Shown here: positions 36,673-43,613 of the stretch, piece by piece
Position numbering within the stretch: the first letter of the stretch is position 1
How the letters are laid out: each line of letters starts with the position of its first letter
Assembly: GCA_964552395.1 (NCBI GenBank)
Contig: CAZKGM010000004.1
Location: forward strand, 4,749-68,748
Reading direction: 5' to 3'
Length of the DNA stretch: 64,000 nucleotides
From: an uncultured Thermoanaerobaculia bacterium
GTDB taxonomy: Bacteria; Acidobacteriota; Thermoanaerobaculia; Thermoanaerobaculales; Sulfomarinibacteraceae
Made by a program: the position numbers and the translations under genes
Notes under the pieces: generated by a model
The model's database searches: none
Seen by the model: only the letters and a program-made list of their open reading frames with translations
Told to the model about the DNA's origin: nothing

Positions 36673-38154
36673 ATGGGTCGAAGAACCTATCTTGTTGCGT
36701 GCCTGGTGATTCTTATCCTCGGGGGAGGGCTGCGTCTGTACCGGCTAGCGGATCGTTCGCTGTGGCTCGACGAAGCCAAGGTTGCGGTCTTCGCTCGCGG
36801 GTCGGCCCTCGAAACCGTCTCGAGCACCCGAGTCGCTGGAAGCTCACCGGTGACATTCCCGTTGTTTCTGAACCTGGTGCAACGGGTGGACGACTCCGCC
36901 CTGGCGGTGCGGCTGCCTTCCGCCTTGTTCAGCCTCGCGGCTGTCGCGGTGCTCTTCTGTCTGCCCTATGTCGGGGTCGCTCGGCCTGCAGCGCTGATCG
37001 CCGGAGCGATCCTCGCCGTCTCGCCCTCTCAGATCCGCTATGCGCAGGAGGTGCGGGAGTACTCCCTGTCTGTGCTGGTAGCGGCGGCCATGATCTACGC
37101 CTTGGCGAGCACACTGGGAAGTCGGGACGGGAAGGGAAGAAGAACCCTGTTTCTGCTTGGTCTGTTCGTGGCTCCCATGGTGCAATACGGGCTCGTTCTC
37201 TTCGCCGTGGCGCTCCTGCTGACGTGGGTGGCGGCGAGGGAAAGGGCGTTCGGCTGGGGTCATGCCCTGCGGTCCTTCCCAGCCGCAGCCGGTGTCTTTG
37301 CGGCCGGATGCGCGGTGACCACTCTCCTGACGCTCGAATGGCAGTGGAGAGTCACGACCGCGTGGTACTTGCGGCGCTGGTTCTACAAGGGGTCGGTATT
37401 CGACCTCCCGGCCGTTTGTGGGTTTCTCGTCCCACGGCTGGGCAAGCTCCTGCCCTACCTTACACAGGGGGACGGGAGCGTGGTTCTCGTGCTGCCGGCG
37501 CTGGGGATACTCCTCCTGGCGCGGCCGGCAGCGGATCGGGAATCAAGACTCCTTGTTGGGCTTGGGATCCTGTCCATCGCGATCGTTGGGGCAGCGGCCG
37601 TAGCGCATGTCTACCCTCTGGGTCCGATTCGCCATGACCTGTTCCTGGCGCCCACCGTTGCCACGGCTCTCGGGCTCGGTTGGAACGCGTTCAGTGACCG
37701 TATCGGAGCGAAGGGCCGTACCTGGGTGACAGCCACCTTCCTCGCCGCTCTCCTTGCGGCCGGTGTATTCGGGATCATCCGTTCGAACCCCTACCGGGAG
37801 CAGGAGGACATCAAGAGCGTGATCGCCGCTTTGTCCAACAGGCCGGTGTCGGGTGTGGTCTATGTCTACTACGGGGCGCGGCCGGCCCTTCGCTTCTACA
37901 AGGTCACGGGCCCGGAGTTCGTCTACGGCCACAGTCACCGAGATCACCCCGAGGAGTACGCCGCAGAGTTCCGCGCCCTGGTAGGAGCCAAGACGAGAGA
38001 GGTCTGGTTGGTTTTCTCCCACGTGTACAGCAATGAGGGGCGGCGCCTGCTCGACGACCTCGGTTCGGAGTGGAGTTTCCAGGCGGTTGTCATCGCGCAT
38101 GGGGCCAGCCTGTATCGCGGTAGAGTCCTCAAGGGCGCAGCACTACCCCGATGA
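36673..38154 (+). CDS. glycosyltransferase family 39 protein (ArnT / dolichyl-phosphate-mannose-protein mannosyltransferase-like, GT-C fold)
   Basis: Track ORF 36619..38154, start ATG 36673. MGRRTYLVACLVILILGGGLRLYRLADRSLWLDEA...AVRLPSALFSLAAVAVLF..AILAVSPSQIRYAQEVREYSL is the conserved GT39 N-terminal pattern. About 10 TM helices plus a soluble C-terminal domain. Confidence 0.8.
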   Translation: MGRRTYLVACLVILILGGGLRLYRLADRSLWLDEAKVAVFARGSALETVSSTRVAGSSPVTFPLFLNLVQRVDDSALAVRLPSALFSLAAVAVLFCLPYVGVARPAALIAGAILAVSPSQIRYAQEVREYSLSVLVAAAMIYALASTLGSRDGKGRRTLFLLGLFVAPMVQYGLVLFAVALLLTWVAARERAFGWGHALRSFPAAAGVFAAGCAVTTLLTLEWQWRVTTAWYLRRWFYKGSVFDLPAVCGFLVPRLGKLLPYLTQGDGSVVLVLPALGILLLARPAADRESRLLVGLGILSIAIVGAAAVAHVYPLGPIRHDLFLAPTVATALGLGWNAFSDRIGAKGRTWVTATFLAALLAAGVFGIIRSNPYREQEDIKSVIAALSNRPVSGVVYVYYGARPALRFYKVTGPEFVYGHSHRDHPEEYAAEFRALVGAKTREVWLVFSHVYSNEGRRLLDDLGSEWSFQAVVIAHGASLYRGRVLKGAALPR

Positions 38155-38168
38155 GTTCACTCCTATCC

Positions 38169-38230
38169 GGTCTCGCTACGATAGCTCATGAGTAGTTCAG
38201 GCTAGCGGAGTGCGAGAGTGCCGAGGGTGG
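38169..38230 (+). repeat. intergenic repeat element, fragment M0 (right part of the long variant)
   Basis: GGTCTCGCTACGATAGCTCATGA (38169..38191) matches 22/23 with 4907..4929 inside the extra segment of copy C. It is followed by GTAGTTCAGGCTAGCGGAGTGCGAGAGTGCCGAGGGTGG, which resembles GAGTTCAACAATGAGCAGGGGATGACAACAGTGCCGAGACCTC. Confidence 0.55.
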
Positions 38231-38270
38231 TGACCCCACGCGAGGAAGCCGCCGTGCATCAGGAAGGACT

Positions 38271-38345
38271 GGTGCAGGGGCCGGCACTCTTGGCACTTTC
38301 GCGTCGGCCTCGGGCGCCAAGCATGACGTCGTCACCTGGCGCCAC
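38271..38345 (+). repeat. intergenic repeat element, copy M (left-arm fragment)
   Basis: GGTGCAGGGGCCGGCACTCTTGGCACTTTCGCGTCGGCC... aligns with the left ends of copies E, H and L. The remainder is diverged. Confidence 0.5.
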
Positions 38346-38382
38346 CGGTGCGACGGCGAGGAGGCCGGCATGGAGCCCGGCG

Positions 38383-40536
38383 TTACGAGCCCGGTGAGGT
38401 CTGCTCGAGATGGGCCAGGAGGCGAAGCGCAATCGAGTTCTGCGCCGCATACCGGCGGTCTCCGGCGGTGCGGGCCAGGAAGTCCTTGTAGGCGGCAATC
38501 GCCGCCGGACGGTTCCCGACCAGCTCCTCGGCCAGCCCACGGCTGAGACGGGCCTGGTGGAGGCTCGGCGCTATCTCAAGGGCGCGGTCGAAGCACGGAA
38601 GCGCGTCGGCGGGGCGCTTCTGCTGCAGGTAGAGGGTGCCGAGGCCGTTCCACGGGTCGGCATAGCGGGAGTCGACTTCGATCGCACGGCGGTAGGCGCG
38701 TTCCGAGTCCTGGAAGCGCCTTGCGCCGCGCAGGACGTCGCCAAGGTTGTTCAGGATGCGCGGATCGTTCGGGTCGAGTCGGGCCGCTTCCTCGAGCTGC
38801 CTGCTCGCGCCGTCGAGGTCGCGCTTGACCGCCAGCGCCATGCCGAGCGCGTTGTGCGCGTCGGCCCGATAGGGCTCGCCCTCGACCACCTTCTTCAACG
38901 CGGCCAGAGCTTCGTCGGTACGGCCCGCTTCAAGCAGGGTGACCGCGAGGTTGTAGCGCAGGCTGCGAGCGTCGACCGCGAGATCGACGGCGCGGCGGAA
39001 GAGGGTAATCGCGCGATCGAGATTGCCGGCGCGATGGCACGCCTGGGCCAGCTCGCCGATGAACAGTGGGTTGTTCGGGTCCGCGGCAACGATCTTCTCG
39101 AGGAGCGGCCGCGCCACATCAACGTCGCCGGCCTCCAGCGCGGACTGTGCCTGGTCGTAGGCGCGTAGGAGGCCGACCATCGCCTTTGGGTCCTTGCGCT
39201 GCCCGCCGCCTGCTGCGCTCCCGCCTCCGCCGAGGTAGCCCAGGCTCTGGAGCTTGGCGCGGGCCTCGCGGTCGAGGGCCGCTTTCCGTGCGACAACCTC
39301 TCCGGACGCGAGCGTTGCGAGAGCGTCGGCCAGCGCGTCGCCGTCGGCCGAACGACCGGGCAGGAGGTTGTGCTCCTCGCCGGGATCGCGCTTCAGGTCA
39401 TAAAGCTCCGCTTCGGGAGCGGCGATGTACTTCAGCCTGCCACGCCGGAGCGCAGCAATCGGGCTCCAGCCGAAGTTCTCGGCGTAGTGCGACTCGGCGT
39501 ACACGTCCTCGGCGGCGGGCTGTCGTCCGGAGGCGAGTGATTCGGCGAGGTCGTGCCCGTCGAAATGCCCCTGACCCTCGGGGACCTGGGCCTCGAGCAT
39601 GGAGAGTAGCGTCGGCGCGAGATCTACCAGGCTCAGCGGCGCCTCTGCGACGAAACCGGCCGGCAGCACGGCCGGGGCACGGACGATCACCGGCACGTGC
39701 AAGCACCCCTGGTAGAGCAGCAGCCCGTGCGTCAGCTCGCCGTGGTCGCCGAGCGCCTCGCCATGGTCGGCGGCCACCGCGACGACGGTGTGCGACGCCA
39801 GTCCCGACTGCTTCAGCCACGTGAGGATGCGGCCGATCTGGTGGTCAACCTCGGCAATCTCGCCGTCGTAGGGGTGCGAGCTGAAACGCGTCCGGTACGG
39901 CTCGGGCGGACGGTACGGCGTGTGGGCGTCATAAAGGTGGACCCAGGCAAAGAACGGCTTGGCGCTGGGCGTTCCAAGCCAGGCGAGGGCGCGGTCCACG
40001 ACGACACTGCCGGGGCGCTGGGCGTTGAGGCCGGCACCCGGGTCGAACGGGATCTCGTCATCGTAGCTGTCAAAGCCTCGGGCGAGGCCGAACCGGTGGT
40101 CGAGCACGTAGGCGCCGATGAACGCGCCGGTCCGATAGCCGGCGCCGGACAGGAGCGTCGCCAGCGTTGGCGTCGAGTCGCCGAGCCGGTCCCCGCCGTT
40201 GGTGCGCATCCCGTCGTGAGGGGGCAGCAGGCCGGTCAGGATCGACGCGTGGGCCGGCGCGGTGAGCGGTACCGGCGTCGAGACGTCGGCCAGGCGCACT
40301 CCCGCCGCGGCCAACGCGTCCAGATTCGGGGTCTCGGCGTCGCGGTCGCCCCAAGCGCCGAGGTGGTCGGCGCGCACAGTGTCGATGGTGACGAGCAGCA
40401 GGTTGAAGCCCTTGGCCGAAGCCGGGGGCTGCGAATGTGGGCAGCCGGAGAGCGCCCAGGCAAGGCAGATGAGGCAGACCATGCCGCCTGCACGGCGCCC
40501 GCAGAGCCGCCTGAGGCGCAGGCCGGCCGGACGCAT
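38383..40536 (-). CDS. sulfatase-like (alkaline-phosphatase superfamily) lipoprotein fused to C-terminal TPR repeats
   Basis: 717 aa. Lipobox ALSGC. FNLLLVTIDTVRADHLG, HLYDAHTPY and ADHGEALGDHGE are typical of the sulfatase fold. At the nucleophile motif it reads PLTAPAHASILTG (Thr-x-Pro-x-His) instead of C/S-x-P-x-R. About 8 TPR units follow. Confidence 0.8.
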   Translation of the reverse strand: MRPAGLRLRRLCGRRAGGMVCLICLAWALSGCPHSQPPASAKGFNLLLVTIDTVRADHLGAWGDRDAETPNLDALAAAGVRLADVSTPVPLTAPAHASILTGLLPPHDGMRTNGGDRLGDSTPTLATLLSGAGYRTGAFIGAYVLDHRFGLARGFDSYDDEIPFDPGAGLNAQRPGSVVVDRALAWLGTPSAKPFFAWVHLYDAHTPYRPPEPYRTRFSSHPYDGEIAEVDHQIGRILTWLKQSGLASHTVVAVAADHGEALGDHGELTHGLLLYQGCLHVPVIVRAPAVLPAGFVAEAPLSLVDLAPTLLSMLEAQVPEGQGHFDGHDLAESLASGRQPAAEDVYAESHYAENFGWSPIAALRRGRLKYIAAPEAELYDLKRDPGEEHNLLPGRSADGDALADALATLASGEVVARKAALDREARAKLQSLGYLGGGGSAAGGGQRKDPKAMVGLLRAYDQAQSALEAGDVDVARPLLEKIVAADPNNPLFIGELAQACHRAGNLDRAITLFRRAVDLAVDARSLRYNLAVTLLEAGRTDEALAALKKVVEGEPYRADAHNALGMALAVKRDLDGASRQLEEAARLDPNDPRILNNLGDVLRGARRFQDSERAYRRAIEVDSRYADPWNGLGTLYLQQKRPADALPCFDRALEIAPSLHQARLSRGLAEELVGNRPAAIAAYKDFLARTAGDRRYAAQNSIALRLLAHLEQTSPGS

Positions 40537-41104
40537 CGACCCCCGCTTCGTCGCTGCGGGTATGATTGTGCGGAGGCAGATAATGGCGGGCCCCTTTCTC
40601 GGCGTTCACCATGCTAGCCCGCGACCGACCCCTGTCAAGGCCCGCATTCTCGCCATGGTGTTTCGTTGGGGAGCAGCCTGCCTGTTCCCGCGGATGTGCC
40701 GAGCGATGCCGACTACGGGCGCGCGCAGCCTCCTCCTCGGTGGATGCCAGAGCCGACAGTCTTGGGATTCTCAAGCGGCGCCACTGAACGGTGCCGAGCA
40801 GTGCCACATCTCATATCCGACATTGCGATGCTCCGGGTCGTCATCCGCTGGCCATCCTGTCGCGGGTGGCCGCTCCCTCCGGTCATGGACCGGGGCCGCC
40901 TCCGCCGCGACCGGACCGCCATGAAACACCTCCGTCGTTGCTCTCGAAGCCCGGCCCCAGGCTGGCGGCGGGGTACTCCGGATCGACGCGCGTGATGACG
41001 AGCTGCTCAATGCCTCTGATGCCTGCGTTCTCGAGGATGTCTTCGAGGGTGGCTATCGGATCGCCTCGCCTCCGTCCGCGGCTTCACGGTGGGTGGGATG
41101 AGGA

Positions 41105-41215
41105 GCCGACGGCCGACCGGACGACCCGGACTTGCCGCGGGCGTATCATGGGCTGAATCGAGAGTTCAGTGGAATCAAGAACGAGGCGTCGATGGCGGAG
41201 GTGCCGGGGGTGGCG
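41105..41215 (+). repeat. intergenic repeat element, copy N (diverged)
   Basis: GCCGACGGCCGACCGGACGACCCGGACTTGCCGCGGGCGTATCATGGGCTGAATCGAGAGTTCAGTGGAATCAAGAACGAGGCGTCGATGGCGGAGGTGCCGGGGGTGG aligns with the core and right arm. It is the most diverged copy. Confidence 0.55.
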
Positions 41216-41273
41216 CCCGCGGCCTGCCGGGCACGAGGCGTTGTGGCTTTCCGAGTGATGTGGAGAATAGACC

Positions 41274-42302
41274 ATGAAGAACGTCGTGGTGACAGGGGCG
41301 AGCGGACACATCGGCTACGCCGTCGTCCGGGAGCTGGTGGATGGTGGTTACAAGGTGCGAGCCGGCATGCGGGGCATTGACAACGAAAAGAAGGCTGCAC
41401 GGCTGCGCGAGCTCGGCGTGGAGCTGTTCGAGTGCGACATGATGCGGCCCGAGACGCTCAGCGCTGCGTTCGAGGGGGCCGACGGGCTCTTCCACCTCGC
41501 CGCGGTGTTCAAGATCTGGGTCAAGGACGATCAGAAGGACGCCATCGAGCCCACCGTGCAGGGAGGCCTCAACGTGCTCGAGGCCGCCGCGGAGGCTCAC
41601 ATCAGGAAGGTGGTGTTCACTTCCAGCGGCGTCGCCGTCGGCCTGCAGGCACCCCCGGACCGGCCGCTGACCGAGGAGGACTGGGATCGCGGCGAGGATC
41701 GCTTCGCCTACTGTTACGCCAAGACCCAGGGCGAGGCGAAGGCGTGGGAGCTCGCGAAGGTACGCGGGCTGAGCTTGGTGTCCATTTGCCCGGGGCATGT
41801 CCTCGGGCCGTACATCTACCGGCACACGCCCACGACGACCTTCATCCAGAAGATCATGAACAACGAGCTGCCCGGGGCGCTCCCGATGGAGTTCTTCATC
41901 GTCGACGTCCGCGATGTGGCCAAGGCGCATGTCCTCGCTTACGAGAACGACGAGGCGTCGGGTCGCTACATCGCCATGAATGAACCGGGCATGCCGATGA
42001 CGGAGCTCATCGAGCTCATGCGCGAGTTCGATCCGAGTATCAAGGTGAAGGCCAAGGTGCTGCCGGGGTTCGTCATCAGCCTGGCCACGTTCCTCGATCT
42101 GATGGGGCACGTCTTGACGGGCCGGCCCCGGGAGCTCACCAGGGCCCTGGTCAAGGAGTTCACGAACAAGCACGCGGCGTTCAACACTGACAAGATCCGC
42201 CGCGAGCTGGGATGGCAGCCCCGCGATACCAGGGAGTGCGTCAAGGACACGGTCGCCTGGCTCAAGGAGCACAAGCCAGCCCCCTGGCACGCCGACGCGT
42301 AA
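41274..42302 (+). CDS. NAD(P)-dependent epimerase/dehydratase family oxidoreductase (extended SDR, dihydroflavonol/cinnamoyl-CoA reductase-like)
   Basis: 342 aa. Rossmann motif VTGASGHIGYAVV, catalytic YCYAKTQ (YxxxK). Length and pattern fit the extended SDR family. Confidence 0.85.
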   Translation: MKNVVVTGASGHIGYAVVRELVDGGYKVRAGMRGIDNEKKAARLRELGVELFECDMMRPETLSAAFEGADGLFHLAAVFKIWVKDDQKDAIEPTVQGGLNVLEAAAEAHIRKVVFTSSGVAVGLQAPPDRPLTEEDWDRGEDRFAYCYAKTQGEAKAWELAKVRGLSLVSICPGHVLGPYIYRHTPTTTFIQKIMNNELPGALPMEFFIVDVRDVAKAHVLAYENDEASGRYIAMNEPGMPMTELIELMREFDPSIKVKAKVLPGFVISLATFLDLMGHVLTGRPRELTRALVKEFTNKHAAFNTDKIRRELGWQPRDTRECVKDTVAWLKEHKPAPWHADA

Positions 42303-42533
42303 CGCTCAGCCTCCCCTCACCGGCCCCTTCAGGACGTCACCCCCTCGGCGTGGCCGTCCTGAGGGACGGCATTCGAGGTCTCTCCCTGCCGCCGAGCACA
42401 CCGGGGCATCCCCGGGTCGAAAACCGCGCCCTCACCGGCACCCCATGCACTTCGCCTCCCAGGCCGGTGAAGAACGCAGTCGACATCTCCGGTCCGCGCC
42501 ACAGAACCTCGTCGGGAGTGAGATCTCTGCGAC

Positions 42534-43136
42534 CTACTCGGAGGGCCTCCAGACTTTCCAGACGTTCCCCACCAGGCTCGGGCCCGGCTTGAGCACCGGG
42601 TCCCCCGGCATCCAGCCAGCCGGCGTCGCCTCCGCCCCCTTGCTGGCGCGAACCACCTGGTAGGCCTGGACCTGGCGTATCGTCTCGGCTATCCGCCGTC
42701 CTACCGGCGGCGTCAGCACCTCCATCGCCTGAACGACGCCATCAGGATCGATGATGAAGCGTCCGCGCATCTCGATCCCCTGGGTCTCGTCGTAGACGCC
42801 GTAGGCCTTGCCGATGTTGCCGGCCTGGTCGGACAGCATGTGGAAGGGCACGCCGCCTTCGACCATCTTGGTGAGCTCGTGATCGTTCCACATCTTGTGG
42901 ACGAAGTGGCTGTCAACGCTGACCGAGAAGACCTCCACCCCGAGCTTCTTCAGCTCCTGATACTTGTCGGCGACCGCCGACACCTCGGTGGCTCACACGA
43001 AGGTGAAGTCACCGGGGTAGAAGCAGAGCAGGATCCAGTTGCCGAAGTATTCCGAGAGCTGGACGTTGGTGAAGCTCCCGTTGTAGTAAGCCGGCGCGTT
43101 GAAGTCCGGTGCCTTCTGTCCGACACGTGCTGTCAT
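42534..43136 (-). CDS. prxU: selenocysteine-containing peroxiredoxin (AhpC/TSA family, PrxU-like); in-frame TGA at 42995..42993 read as Sec
   Basis: Track ORFs 42993..43247 and 42534..42983 are one reading frame split by a single TGA. AAGGAG RBS then ATG 43136 gives MTARVGQKAPDFNAPAYYNGSFTNVQLSEYFGNWILLCFYPGDFTFV-U-ATEVSAVADKYQELKKLGVEVFSVSVDSHFVHKMW...RGRFIIDPDGVV...EATPAGW.. The TGA sits exactly where the peroxidatic Cys of the FYPxDFTFVCPTE motif is. A SECIS-like hairpin follows. Confidence 0.8.
42965..42982 (-). promoter_or_regulatory. candidate bacterial SECIS hairpin
   Basis: mRNA sense: UGA-GCCACCGAGG-UGUCGGC-GGUC-GCCGACA. A 7-bp perfect stem starts 10 nt after the UGA. The 4-nt apical loop GGUC contains the G-U expected from the E. 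coli fdhF SECIS paradigm. Confidence 0.65.
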
Positions 43137-43273
43137 GAGCTTCTCCTTCAGGGGTTCGTCGGTTTCTGACGGCGCCGTACCGTTGGGCGAGGGCTCGCCC
43201 AGAACGGCACCGGTGACGCGGGCACATCCCTCAGGTTGCTCTGCCATTTGACCCCCTCTTCTGCCTCTCCTCC

Positions 43274-43303
43274 AATATAGTGCGAGGAGTGACGGTGCTG
43301 CAA
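43274..43303 (-). promoter_or_regulatory. possible sigma-70-type promoter for the peroxiredoxin gene
   Basis: On the minus strand: TTGCAG-18 nt-TATATT, in an AT-rich island ~140 nt upstream of ATG 43136. Confidence 0.3.
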
Positions 43304-43578
43304 CTAACCACCTGTGAATTCTATATTTGCGCGAATGCTCTCACGAGAGAGGTGCTGCACTTTGCGGCATGGACTCCGTGTGCAGGAACTGGCCGGAGCG
43401 CTGGGCAAGAGCTTCGTGACCGGCAGCGAGGTGGGTGATGCAGGGAGGCAGACTCTGGCTGCAGGATTGGGAGATCGCTGGGCGGGGGAGCTGAACCATG
43501 CGCTCCCGAAGCCACGAGCTCAGGAGCACGAAATTCAGGTACCGCACACCGTTTCCGATAGAGGAGCGGCAGAATAGG

Positions 43579-43606
43579 TTGACATTTATATAAAGAGTTA
43601 TATATT
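43579..43606 (+). promoter_or_regulatory. near-consensus promoter with embedded palindrome, upstream of padR (transcript likely leaderless)
   Basis: TTGACA (43579..43584)-16 nt-TATATT (43601..43606). The spacer and -10 contain the perfect palindrome TATATAA-agag-TTATATA (43587..43604). ATG 43614 is only 7 nt past the -10 hexamer. Confidence 0.55.
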
Positions 43607-43613
43607 GAGGTTC

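Noticed and set aside
40540-41100. Short minus-strand frame ..GDPIATLEDILENAGIRGIEQLVITRVDPEYPAASLGPGFESNDGG.. in the 740-bp gap upstream of the SDR gene.
   Set aside because: It is under 60 codons, has no start codon or RBS, and no family recognised. It is possibly another gene remnant, but this is unsupported.
274-41215. Repeat family as integron attC sites, as a CRISPR array, or as tRNA-derived sequences (the GAGCTCAGCGGGTTCAGGAATG block superficially recalls D-loop and T-loop strings).
   Set aside because: There is no integrase, no R'/R'' GTTRRRY core sites and no cassette-like gene orientation. Spacing is kilobases with genes in between, not repeat-spacer units. No cloverleaf can be drawn.
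42353-42370. Perfect hairpin GCCGTCC-tgag-GGACGGC between the convergent SDR and peroxiredoxin genes, as a terminator.
   Set aside because: It is not followed by a U-tract on either strand. It may still act as an RNA-stabilising hairpin, but it is not a canonical intrinsic terminator.
42993-42995. TGA in the peroxiredoxin as a simple nonsense mutation (pseudogene) or as the end of an 84-aa ORF.
   Set aside because: The stop falls exactly on the catalytic Cys codon, is followed at 10 nt by a SECIS-like hairpin, and the downstream frame is intact with full family similarity. I kept it as a selenoprotein call but flagged how to refute it.
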